Below, piece after piece: positions 55,071 through 64,000 of a stretch of DNA of 64,000 nucleotides. The position numbers and the translations under genes were made by a program. How positions within the stretch are numbered: the first letter of the stretch is position 1; every line of letters begins with the position of its first letter. The notes beneath the pieces are model-generated. The model searched no databases, was not told the DNA's origin, and saw only the letters and a list, made by a program, of their open reading frames with translations. The DNA is from Armatimonadota bacterium (GTDB lineage Bacteria; Armatimonadota; Fervidibacteria; Fervidibacterales; Thermosaccharophagaceae), in NCBI GenBank assembly GCA_025062195.1, contig JANXAS010000012.1, forward strand, positions 3,237-67,236, given 5' to 3'.

Positions 55071-56321
55071 TCAAGCCTTACCAAGGCGTTGAAGCATGTG
55101 CCTTGCAAGGTCAGCCCATTGCGAATTCGGAAAGCGCTCACATAGCCATTTGAGCATTTTTGCAGCACCTTCCCTATCGCTGTAGTGCTTTAAAAGTATG
55201 TCAGCACTTCGTATCGTGGCGAGCGCTCTAAGCTCCTCTTCAGCATGTTCGTCTAAAACAATGCTCCTGAACACCCTGAGAGCTATCTCATAATTGCAGG
55301 CGCGCTCAAATAAAACCGCCATGTCAAGCCTCATTTGTGGTGTGCTGAGCTGTATCAACTCCCCCCATACCTCTTCTGGGAGCGCTGAAACAAGCTCTGT
55401 AAGTGCATGGCTACCGCTTGAAGAAGAGCGTGTTCCATATCGCAACGCAGCTTGCAAATGAGCTACAGCCAAGTTAACATCTCCGACCCTGGCAAGCGAT
55501 GCCGAAAGAAGAAACCTTGAAAACGCGTTAGCTGGGTCAATCCTTACAGCGCGCTTTAGATACTTAACAGCCGCACTAAACATGCCGCACCTTAGCAGCC
55601 ACTCCGCATGAATGGTGAGTGACTCAGCCTGCGCTTCCTTTAGCGACCCAAATGAGAAGGCGGCAACAACCCCAACGAGGAAACCACCAACATGTGCCCA
55701 ATGCCCAACGGTTGTATCACCGACGCTGAAGTGCGAAAGCACGCCGCTCAAAATCTCCAAAGCAAACCATACGCTGAGCACAGCCAGCGATGGCAGTTGC
55801 ACAGTGCCATACCTGAAATAGAGCAACACACTGTAGGCATAAAACAACTCTATTCGCTCGTGATAAAAGCGCACCGCAAAAAGACCAAGCAATGCCGCTA
55901 TGGCGCCGGATGCACCAACCTGCGGTATTAACAGCGCCTTTGGATCCAACAGCTTTAAAGCGATGACCTGCATCAGGATCGCGCCAAGTTGGCTCGTCGT
56001 GTAAAAAAGCGCATAGACAGCACTCCCAAGAACATTCTCAATGTGCCTGCCAAAAACCCACAGATAGACCATATTGCCGAGTATGTGAAATGGCAGCGGG
56101 GCATCGTGAACGAAAATGGATGTTAATAGCGCATACCATTTTGGGTTGGCTGGCACAAAGCCGAGCGTGTAAAATAGCCTCTGAAGAGCGTTGTTGTATC
56201 CGGTGAAGTAAACAACGAGTTCAAGAAAGTAGACGAGCACATTTATTCCGATGAAAAGGTAAGTTATGATTGGCGTGCGACGCAACTTTGCGCTCGTCCC
56301 AATTGGCGCAATGAGAAACAT
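55071..56321 (-). CDS. Rhomboid-family intramembrane serine protease with a C-terminal TPR-like domain
   Basis: The catalytic Ser lies in GASGAIAALLG and the catalytic His in HVGGFLVG. The HxxxN region is HILGNM. The ~180-aa C-terminal tail is helical and repeat-like. Confidence 0.8.
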   Translation of the reverse strand: MFLIAPIGTSAKLRRTPIITYLFIGINVLVYFLELVVYFTGYNNALQRLFYTLGFVPANPKWYALLTSIFVHDAPLPFHILGNMVYLWVFGRHIENVLGSAVYALFYTTSQLGAILMQVIALKLLDPKALLIPQVGASGAIAALLGLFAVRFYHERIELFYAYSVLLYFRYGTVQLPSLAVLSVWFALEILSGVLSHFSVGDTTVGHWAHVGGFLVGVVAAFSFGSLKEAQAESLTIHAEWLLRCGMFSAAVKYLKRAVRIDPANAFSRFLLSASLARVGDVNLAVAHLQAALRYGTRSSSSGSHALTELVSALPEEVWGELIQLSTPQMRLDMAVLFERACNYEIALRVFRSIVLDEHAEEELRALATIRSADILLKHYSDREGAAKMLKWLCERFPNSQWADLARHMLQRLGKA

Positions 56322-56588
56322 GCCTCCTTCACCCTACTCTGCTCTCACTTCATATGCAGCTGTTGCGAGCATAGCGCTATAGAGCGAGAGTTATGCCACT
56401 TTCAAAATTAAGGCAGCATGCAGCCTATCCGAAGTCTAATTCTAAATGCCGTTGATGAGCACCTTTATCCAATCCGCACCGTGTGCTTTAACCCAAAGTC
56501 ACTGACGATTTTTCACGAGCGCTGTATTTAGGCAGCGAAAATACCTCACCAAGGCAGTGCCCTCTAAGATTCTTTTTGGCTCGGCAAG

Positions 56589-56791
56589 AGCATCGCCAGC
56601 ACAAGTTTGAAGAGAGTATCGCCATCGCAAGCATTGTATGAGCATCACCTTTGCAAGCTTGGCGGGAGCATTGCCACCATAAGTTTAACAGGAGCATCCT
56701 CGTCATAAGTTCAGCAAGAGCATCGCCAACACAAGCATGACAGGAATGTCGCTCTCACAAGCTTGCCGGAAGACTTGTTCACACAAGTCGC
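56589..56791. repeat. Degenerate tandem repeat, 26-nt period, about 7.8 units
   Basis: The units are AGCATCGCCAGCACAAGTTTGAAGAG / AGTATCGCCATCGCAAGCATTGTATG / AGCATCACCTTTGCAAGCTTGGCGGG / AGCATTGCCACCATAAGTTTAACAGG / AGCATCCTCGTCATAAGTTCAGCAAG / AGCATCGCCAACACAAGCATGACAGG / AATGTCGCTCTCACAAGCTTGCCGGA / AGACTTGTTCACACAAGTCGC. Confidence 0.9.
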
Positions 56792-57172
56792 TTTAATTCA
56801 GCACTCATTTGTTTCATCATCAACGGTTGGTTAAAGCCAGCGGCATTGGTGGATATGCACCGACAACTTTTGAACTGATACCATAGCAGCATTGGTGTTA
56901 CCGAGATTTGTTGAGCTGGCAGTGATTGCCACAAAGCCGGATGTGGACATCGAGAAGCGCTTGCGACCCAAGCCCAATAAATCAAAGATGGACGATGTGA
57001 TGCCATTCCAAGGAATTAAAGCCCGAAGTTATGCAGTCAGCGTGTTTTCATGTGCTGACGACAGCCCAAGAAAATCAACGCAAACAGACGGCAAGAGCAG
57101 CGTAAATTACAAACCCACATGCGGGAAGGGCTTTAGCCACGAACAAAACTTTTCGCCAAGCCAGCTTGCAGA

Positions 57173-60100
57173 TCATTCAAGGAATTCACACCAACCCCAA
57201 AGCTGCGGCTTGATTTCAACTTCGCTTGGCAAATCCGAAACAATGCCCGAAAGTTTGTTTGCCCAATAGAGTCGTTCCGCAACACTGTCGCCTGCTTGTG
57301 TTGAGAAGATGACGCCAAAATCAATGGGCATCTTAGTGCCTGCAATTGGTGGTTTTATGTTAGACCAGATTTCGTCCCACAAAATTTCAGCCTCAACATT
57401 GTATCCGATAGCCGTTGGCTTTACTGCGACCTTTGAGCGCGTGAGTGTTTCCACTTGGTCAACGGTTACACTTCGCACAGGCGATGCAAACTTTTCTGGC
57501 GTCTTTGTGCCAGCCGATCTGTAACGATATATGACTGCTATCGGTTTGCCGCCAAAAATTGATAAGAGAATACGCACATCACCGGCAACAATTTCCTGAG
57601 GGTGGCTCTCCGGTGTCCGCATTAACCCGAGTTGCAAATCAACACAATCTCCAAACTTAAATAGCAACCGCAAATCCTTAGCGCTGTTGAGCGCCGGGGT
57701 TTTATCGTTCACCATCGCTGCCAAATACAGCGAATGCTCATTCCACATCAGGGCAAACTTCGCCCTCACCTCACCATCACTTGTCACATTCTCAAATTGC
57801 TTCTCTTCCCACTCGTTAAGCTCAGCGTCAACCTTTAGCTGCTTGAGCGCTTTGCGAACCGAGAGCAACTTCAATGTGCCCTCTTTGGCACGCTCCATTG
57901 CTGCGCGCCTAAGGATGAATTGCTCACAAGCCAAAACATCCTTTGGCGTCAACCTCAAGCGCACGCTGAACTTATGCGAGCTTTTTAACCCCTCAAGTTC
58001 AACTATGCTTGCGTGGTGGTGCCCACAGACGAAATAAAATCGCCCATCAGCTGTTGCATTGAATGTCGGACCAAAGCATTCTTCTTGAAGCGTGATATCA
58101 TTTACGGGCATTCCACGCCTCGGCTCAGCGAATATGTTCCACCAAGGTGCAATGCGGTGATCTTTGAAGAGCGTCGCTATTAGCAACCCGTCGCACGTGA
58201 AAAGGTAAACTTCACCTTTATTTCCGATGATGGCAAAAACCTCGCCCAGCGTTGGAACATTAGCAGTGCCGATGATTCGCAGTGTCCCAATAACTCTGCC
58301 CGGCGCTGGGGATGGTGCACCGTGAGAGGCGTGGACACCACCCCAAGGATTTGGATATGACCAAATAACTGTTCCATCACCACTTATGCCGAGGATTGGC
58401 TCACCCGTGTAAATGACTGTGCCATCCTGCAGCACGGCTGTGCTCGGTCCGCAGCCAATACCTTTTATCGGTGCTGGACCAATCTGGCTGGCATTGTTCA
58501 GGTCGTAAACTGGAGCACCCGCTTTCGTCCAACCCGAAACTTTGATAAGCCAAAGCCTACCAGCACCCTCCATAGCAACGCTGAAGTCCCTTGAACTCAT
58601 AAGGCTGCCCCAGTAAACGAACAACCTCGCAACTTCTCCATCAGCTCTCGGTGCGTCTTGGAAAGCAACTTCGTTTGCTTGCAGCCTGCCATCACCATTT
58701 TCGTCAGCCCAAACGAAGTTGAACTTAAACGGGTCTCTATCTCCGAGTGCATTGAAGAAATCGTTTCCCAGCAACTTTGAGCCTGCTGCATAAGGATTTC
58801 TGCCAGCGCCACCGGTTGCCCATTCGCATGACCCGAAAGCAGAAAGCGGCTTCGCATAAACTCCGGTGTCTTCAGTTATCAGCACATAACCGGTGTGCAC
58901 TCCAAAGTCGTAGACTAAAAATTTTCTCCCCTTGAACTCAATTGGTCTGTCGGGAGTTACTGGGAAGATGTGACCATGTGCTTCGTCACCGACTCGGTAG
59001 TAAATTCGTTTTAGCTTCCAAGCGCCGTTATCAAAGTCAAGTTCAAATTCCATGCCTTTGTAGTAAGCGCTGCGCTTATCCCTGCTAAGCCAAACCGGAC
59101 CTCCGCCATACTCTGGTCCGCCAATGAATTCGCGCAGCAGTTTGCCTTCGCGTGCATCCCAGACAGAGATTCGTTTTGGTTGATAGTCCTCTTCGGCAAC
59201 CCAAAGTCTTCCCGCATTATCAACAGCGATGCCATAGGGATTGGACATGCGTCTTGGGTTATAGGGACCGACATTGCGGCCACCGGCATCACCAATGACC
59301 CTGAGCAATTTTCCGTTTGGCGAGAAGACTTTGACTTGATGGCTGTGACCTCTATCGGATATGAAAATTTCTCCGCCCTCGGACACAAATATTGACTGGG
59401 GTTCATCAAGGTCATCAGTGATAAGCGGTTTAATCTCACCCGAGTTTAAATCAACCCTGACGACACGACCTGAACTGATTGCGAGCAACACATTCACTCG
59501 CTTATCAAACCAAATTGCACTTGGGCTGTGGACGTTGTAAGTCCTCAAGATTGCTTTTTCGGGTTCATTTGCAGGCTGAGAAAGCTTGGCGATGTCATAA
59601 GCGACGATTTCATCACGGTTGCGATAGGATACAAAGAGCACTTCTCTGTGTGCTGCAATGCCTTCAATGCCGTGATCCTCTTTCAGTTGCATTAACCTTC
59701 GGAAACGATAAGTCTGCGGATCAAGCTCAGAAATGACTGCCTGCAAACCTTGAAAGCCAAGCCACGCACCTTTGCTTGCAACATAAAGTTTCTCGCCATT
59801 AGAGCAAAGCAATGCTGCTCCGCCAAGGTCGAGCCATTTTGTTCCCCAAAGTTTGTTGCCATTGACATCAAGCGCCATAAGTGTATCGCCAGACTCGGCG
59901 GTGAATGCGCCTATGAAGACTTTATCGCCGACGATTGCGACGCTTCTTGGTGGGCAATGGTCTGAAAGCCACCCGCCAGTTCCATCTTGAAGAAGCCAGG
60001 GTGTTTTGCCAGACCAGTAAACAGTAAAATGATAGCGCAGATTGAGCTCACCGCGCCGGACAAAAACCGCATTATATTCTCCGGGGGCAACTAACCTACC

Positions 60101-61399
60101 ACTATCATCAGTCCCATCCCACCAATCCACATTTGCGCCTCTGTGCCTGAAAGCATGCGCAATCAAATTACGAACACGCCTGCCTTGTGCGTCATTAATT
60201 GCAATAGTGACATAGCTATCGCTGGGCAATGTGTATCGGATAGGAACGGGCGGCGTCAACTTTTGAGGCGTAGGTGGCGCTGGCAAACTTCTGCCACCAA
60301 TATCTTCAAGGGCAAGGACTTCGCCAATACGGGCAATGTTTGTCAACTTCCCACCCTGCGTCACATAAGCGATGTCAGGATTCTCCCCTGTTAACGGCTC
60401 AATGATGCGGACTCTCAAAGCCAATGTTTCAACCGATGCTGGGAATTTGATGCCCATATCAGTGTAAGGTGGACGCCACCATATTGGGACATCAACGATG
60501 GCAGACTGTTTCCACATGCTTTCATTAGCAAGCGCCGGATTGACGACCCTCTTACCGGTAAAGGTGTCAATAGCGACTCGCTTGCCGAATACATTGACGA
60601 GCCAAACCCCACTTATGCGCTTTGGCTGTTCCCAGTGCAGGATAACCCATGATGGTGATTTTTCCGTTATTGGTTCTTCCCTTGCGCTCCTCCAATCCGT
60701 GTTCACATCGCCATCAATCAAGCTCCACGGACTATGCCTTTCAGCTTCAACTGCAGTTCGCCTTATGTAACTTTCAGCAATAGGGGTTGACCATTGTGCC
60801 CAGTCATAAAGTCGCTCACGCAAAATTGCCAAACCATAAATTACCGAAGGCTCAGGTTGAATTGGTGGTTTAGGTAAGCGAAAAGTGAGCCTGATGGCGC
60901 TTGTTAAAATGTCTTTTGGGAATGTGACTGCCCTAAAAGACCTTCTTGGCGAAGGCTCACTAACCTTCACCCAATGTGATTCGTTGTTGGGATCACCGGG
61001 AGGGTTAACTTCGGGCTTGAGATAGCTCACCTCGCAATTGCCGATAAACCCAATTAGAGTTCCAACTTGTATTTGGCGCTTGAAAGCGATGCGAAAGTGT
61101 CTGACCAAATCTCTCGTTGGCGCTGTCTCCCAACTGCTGTGAGGCGGTATTGGACCACGGATGTGAAATAAGCCGATCAAACGCTCCTTCGTCGGAGCAC
61201 TGTAGCCGCTTTTACTTTTATCAGCGCGCCAAGGATGGGGCGGTAACTCGCATGTGTTTTCGTAATCCAAATCGGCTTCACTTACAGCAGTGGAAAACAC
61301 AAGTCCGTTTGAATAGCTGATTGGTGAAGAGGCAAACATGAGGAAGCTGAAGCAAAGATTGAAGAGTCCATTCGCTACGCACATTTTCATACCCCCCAT
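57173..61399 (-). CDS. Very large (~1400 aa) secreted multidomain protein: discoidin-like, FlgD-Ig-like, NHL/beta-propeller repeats, Ca-binding-like loop, CBM9/DOMON-like C-terminus
   Basis: There is a signal peptide. The discoidin-like segment is IDGDVNTDWRS...WVILHW. The FlgD-Ig-like segment is YVTIAINDAQGRRVRNL...WDGTDDSGRLVAPGEY. The NHL-like blades include NPYGIAVDNAGRLWVAEED. DENGDGRLQANEV is a Ca-binding-like loop. The C-terminus LNEWEE...FALMWNEHSLYLAAMVND is CBM9-like. The start is probably one of the internal ATGs at 61390 or 61384. Confidence 0.6.
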   Translation of the reverse strand: MGGMKMCVANGLFNLCFSFLMFASSPISYSNGLVFSTAVSEADLDYENTCELPPHPWRADKSKSGYSAPTKERLIGLFHIRGPIPPHSSWETAPTRDLVRHFRIAFKRQIQVGTLIGFIGNCEVSYLKPEVNPPGDPNNESHWVKVSEPSPRRSFRAVTFPKDILTSAIRLTFRLPKPPIQPEPSVIYGLAILRERLYDWAQWSTPIAESYIRRTAVEAERHSPWSLIDGDVNTDWRSAREEPITEKSPSWVILHWEQPKRISGVWLVNVFGKRVAIDTFTGKRVVNPALANESMWKQSAIVDVPIWWRPPYTDMGIKFPASVETLALRVRIIEPLTGENPDIAYVTQGGKLTNIARIGEVLALEDIGGRSLPAPPTPQKLTPPVPIRYTLPSDSYVTIAINDAQGRRVRNLIAHAFRHRGANVDWWDGTDDSGRLVAPGEYNAVFVRRGELNLRYHFTVYWSGKTPWLLQDGTGGWLSDHCPPRSVAIVGDKVFIGAFTAESGDTLMALDVNGNKLWGTKWLDLGGAALLCSNGEKLYVASKGAWLGFQGLQAVISELDPQTYRFRRLMQLKEDHGIEGIAAHREVLFVSYRNRDEIVAYDIAKLSQPANEPEKAILRTYNVHSPSAIWFDKRVNVLLAISSGRVVRVDLNSGEIKPLITDDLDEPQSIFVSEGGEIFISDRGHSHQVKVFSPNGKLLRVIGDAGGRNVGPYNPRRMSNPYGIAVDNAGRLWVAEEDYQPKRISVWDAREGKLLREFIGGPEYGGGPVWLSRDKRSAYYKGMEFELDFDNGAWKLKRIYYRVGDEAHGHIFPVTPDRPIEFKGRKFLVYDFGVHTGYVLITEDTGVYAKPLSAFGSCEWATGGAGRNPYAAGSKLLGNDFFNALGDRDPFKFNFVWADENGDGRLQANEVAFQDAPRADGEVARLFVYWGSLMSSRDFSVAMEGAGRLWLIKVSGWTKAGAPVYDLNNASQIGPAPIKGIGCGPSTAVLQDGTVIYTGEPILGISGDGTVIWSYPNPWGGVHASHGAPSPAPGRVIGTLRIIGTANVPTLGEVFAIIGNKGEVYLFTCDGLLIATLFKDHRIAPWWNIFAEPRRGMPVNDITLQEECFGPTFNATADGRFYFVCGHHHASIVELEGLKSSHKFSVRLRLTPKDVLACEQFILRRAAMERAKEGTLKLLSVRKALKQLKVDAELNEWEEKQFENVTSDGEVRAKFALMWNEHSLYLAAMVNDKTPALNSAKDLRLLFKFGDCVDLQLGLMRTPESHPQEIVAGDVRILLSIFGGKPIAVIYRYRSAGTKTPEKFASPVRSVTVDQVETLTRSKVAVKPTAIGYNVEAEILWDEIWSNIKPPIAGTKMPIDFGVIFSTQAGDSVAERLYWANKLSGIVSDLPSEVEIKPQLWGWCEFLE

Positions 61400-61402
61400 G
61401 AT

Positions 61403-62572
61403 CTATTTCGTGTTTGCTTGAGTGTCATTTCCCTCAATCAGAGAAGCCACTTCGCAGAACACTTCATCAACGCTTATTAGACGCATGCATGCTATCCCAA
61501 ACGGACATGCAAACATTTTGCCATCATATGGGTTAAGACATGGTGAGCATGGCAATGCCTTGTAAATGATTCGATGTTGAGCGCCAATTGGAGCATAGTG
61601 TGCGGGTGACTCCGGACCGAATATGGCAATGCATGGTGTGCCAAGTGCGGCTGCAATATGCATAGGACCGCTGTCATTTGTAACCACCAGCAAAGCCTCA
61701 TCAAGGAGCATGCAAAGCTCATGCAGGTTGAGTTTCCCGGCTAAGTTATGCACACGCTCATGCTCTTCAATGCCGGCAAGCACACTCTTAACATAGCTCA
61801 CTTCTTTTGGTGCGCCGATAACACATATGTGCATGTTTGGATATGCATCAAGCAAGCGCAGTATGAGCTCGCAAAAACGCTCCCCAAGCCAACGGCGCTG
61901 CAAAGCCATTTCTCCAGCGTTTGGGTTAACGACAACGAACGGGCGCGGCAGCTTGAGAACATTTTCACTGACTTTGCCCAATTGGTAAGATGGGCGTATC
62001 AATGGCTCGTTTAAATTTGTCTCAATACCAACTGCCCAAGCTTGAGCGAGGAATAGTTGGCATGTGTGCCTTGGAGTAAATGGGACAATATGCGTCAGCA
62101 ATCTCCCTCGTGGCGATTGTGCGTGATGAAAACCAACTCGCACGCCGGCACCCGAAAGGAAGGCAATCAATGCTGCTGCGTTTGAAAAGAATTCAAGCTC
62201 AAAGAATGCCTCCGGAGACCAACGGCGAAGAGACAAAATTAGTGCTAACGACGATTTGATGGCTGCAGTAAGAGATGAGACATCCAATGTGAAGCACTTA
62301 TCAAAACCGAGCATGTAAGCCAGCTCTTCATGCTGCTTAAGCGTGACGAGCGCAACGGTTGCTTTCAAGCGCTCGCGAATCGCCCTCAACAAAGGTGTCG
62401 CGAGAACCAAACTCCCCATACCAACATACTTGGATATGGCAACCCTTTTCCACCCAGTTGTAATGGCACCATAGCGCCTACTTTTGACGCCCGCTCCGAT
62501 GGCGCTCGCGATGAACCCAAACAGTTTTTGGTCAAGCACATAAAGTGTCCGGAAATCCATAGCTTTACACAC
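61403..62572 (-). CDS. Glycosyltransferase family 9 (heptosyltransferase-like)
   Basis: The C-terminal donor-binding motif is LVVTNDSGPMHIAAALGTPCIAIFGP, and the layout is that of the GT9 family. Confidence 0.8.
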   Translation of the reverse strand: MCKAMDFRTLYVLDQKLFGFIASAIGAGVKSRRYGAITTGWKRVAISKYVGMGSLVLATPLLRAIRERLKATVALVTLKQHEELAYMLGFDKCFTLDVSSLTAAIKSSLALILSLRRWSPEAFFELEFFSNAAALIAFLSGAGVRVGFHHAQSPRGRLLTHIVPFTPRHTCQLFLAQAWAVGIETNLNEPLIRPSYQLGKVSENVLKLPRPFVVVNPNAGEMALQRRWLGERFCELILRLLDAYPNMHICVIGAPKEVSYVKSVLAGIEEHERVHNLAGKLNLHELCMLLDEALLVVTNDSGPMHIAAALGTPCIAIFGPESPAHYAPIGAQHRIIYKALPCSPCLNPYDGKMFACPFGIACMRLISVDEVFCEVASLIEGNDTQANTK

Positions 62573-63068
62573 AACACCTCGTCAGCGAACCGGAGCCACA
62601 CCTTTGAGTAAAGGCGAGTGACAACCTGCCCGAATAAGGAATCCGTGGCTAAAGTCACCCCTAAAGATTGCTCAGTATGAATGATACGACTCCCACTATT
62701 ACCCAGTTACAACATCTTAAAAGCCATCTCAAAAATCTGAGAGGAGAACATGCATCATATGGATTCAAACTGCCCGTTTGGTTCGACAGAAACCCTCTCA
62801 AAAGTTAATGTGACATGGACATCCTACTCATGAAAGTTCTTTCAAAATGCCCTCGCATCAGTCCATCAACGCATCGCAAAGTGATTGCAGATGATTAGCG
62901 CGCCACCCGCTTCTGAGGCAGCAAGCAGGTTGTAAATGATAGTAGAGACGAATGAAATGCACCGGGAGAAAGATAATCTGCCGTCCGCCTCACCACATAC
63001 TATTTGCAATGCTCACACCGCTGCCTCAAAAACGGCATCACAGCCAAGGTTTGAATCTGAAATAGCCT

Positions 63069-63998
63069 TTAAAGCGGCGGTGCATAAATTGGGTTGAGGA
63101 ATGTAACTAAGTTGCCAATGCAAAGAGCATTAAGCGTGACAAGAAGCAGAGTGATGCAAGCTATTGCAACCTTGCGATATCTCACACCGATTAAGCTGCC
63201 GATACCGCACCAGAAAATGATGCCGAAAGAACATATGGAAGGCATCAGATACCTACCACCTTCATATCCACCTGGATGAGTGAACAGTGTGTAATGCAAC
63301 AGGGCTAAGTAAAGCAGCACGAATGGCATCGCCACAACAATTTGGAGGCTGTGGTGATGCTTCCACCCACCACCGTTGTAAAGCCATGTGGCGAAGCGAA
63401 AGAGCAAACCCAAGAGCGCAAGTATGGTCAGTAAAACGAGGAATGAATACAACCCCTCCGAGATTGGATAGAATGCCGGATTCGGTGAGCCATAAAACTG
63501 GCTCCAACGCTCGCCATGCTCCGGCTTGAATATAAACCAATCAACCTGTGCCCATAGGCTGCGATGCGCACCCTTGATGAAACGCCATAGCAAGTGCCAA
63601 GAGCGTCCATCTGTCAGGAATTCAAACGGCGAATTCAAAAGCATGCACGGCTCATAAACCCACTTGACTATCGGCATTAACCTGCCGTTGAGGATGTAGA
63701 AGCGCAGATACCACCAACCCGAGATTGCAATCGGTAGTAGTAGCGATAGCGCTAAACAGATCATGCGCTGCGCACCAACGCCAGTCCTGCGCATGCAGGA
63801 AAGTGCCCCAACTATCTGTAACGGTGCAAGCGAGAGCAACGATGCCTTGCTCAAAAACATCAAGCCGCAAGATATCCCGAGGAGGGCTGAACCAACCAAC
63901 GGATTTAAAGCACCACTCATAACGCGAATAAGCAAAAGGAGAAAGGCATGTGCTGTAAGTATCGTCATAGAATCATTATTGATGACCGCACTCAACAT
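63069..63998 (-). CDS. GT-C fold membrane glycosyltransferase (ArnT/PMT, GT39/GT83-like), C-terminal part only
   Basis: It is a polytopic hydrophobic protein next to the GT9 gene. The reading frame is still open at the right window edge, so the N-terminal catalytic part lies outside the window. The family call is tentative. Confidence 0.5.
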   Translation of the reverse strand: MLSAVINNDSMTILTAHAFLLLLIRVMSGALNPLVGSALLGISCGLMFLSKASLLSLAPLQIVGALSCMRRTGVGAQRMICLALSLLLPIAISGWWYLRFYILNGRLMPIVKWVYEPCMLLNSPFEFLTDGRSWHLLWRFIKGAHRSLWAQVDWFIFKPEHGERWSQFYGSPNPAFYPISEGLYSFLVLLTILALLGLLFRFATWLYNGGGWKHHHSLQIVVAMPFVLLYLALLHYTLFTHPGGYEGGRYLMPSICSFGIIFWCGIGSLIGVRYRKVAIACITLLLVTLNALCIGNLVTFLNPIYAPPL

Positions 63999-64000
63999 AA

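Noticed and set aside
1-64000. tRNA, rRNA, tmRNA, RNase P or SRP RNA genes, and autonomous mobile elements
   Set aside because: I scanned the intergenic regions for the hallmarks: a GGTTCGAATCC-type T-loop, GGAAAGTCCGG for RNase P, and the SRP GGAAGCAGCC motif. I found none. No ORF resembles a transposase, integrase, recombinase or reverse transcriptase. A by-eye scan can still miss diverged RNAs.

Overview
Bacterial chromosomal window. I found no rRNA or tRNA genes, no CRISPR array, and no transposase or integrase ORFs. About 40 protein genes are credible, and most have a strong GGAGGTG-type Shine-Dalgarno site. They are mainly housekeeping, metabolic and envelope functions: HdrA-like flavoprotein, nitroreductase, archaeal-type SAM synthetase, GalU, DUF4838 hydrolase-like protein, AI-2E transporter, two neutral-ceramidase-like proteins, sugar-phosphate isomerase, an M16 peptidase pair, aconitase, FAD oxidoreductase, HtpX, CoaX, agmatinase, a GldA/F/G-like ABC cluster with a DUF4340 protein, GHMP kinase, FmdB zinc ribbon, Sua5/TsaC, PrmC, HslV, ribokinase, rhomboid, GT9 and a GT-C glycosyltransferase. 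All product calls come from motif recognition by eye; no database search was possible. The points worth a second look are as follows. (1) An SNF2-family ATPase gene (8571-10376) is followed by a gene for a protein with about 16 tandem CxxC-x4-Cxx[C/H] modules (53 Cys in 237 aa). The pair is bracketed and split by repeat clusters, and it is my best candidate for an uncharacterised two-gene nucleic-acid-directed module. (2) An orphan ~1260-aa P-loop ATPase (23210-26989) has a GxYGTGKSH Walker A that I recall from BrxC/PglY/DUF6079-type defence ATPases, but no BREX partner genes are nearby. (3) A SAM-I riboswitch (6270-6422, minus strand) sits upstream of the archaeal-type SAM synthetase. (4) A stand-alone 100-aa protein consists only of two GyrA C-terminal beta-pinwheel blades. 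(5) The non-coding regions are unusually large (up to 2.6 kb) and are filled with a mosaic family of hairpin-forming repeat modules. These include a ~400-nt composite element present at least twice and several local tandem amplifications with periods of 26, 28 and about 57 nt. (6) HslV has an N-terminal extension and no adjacent hslU.
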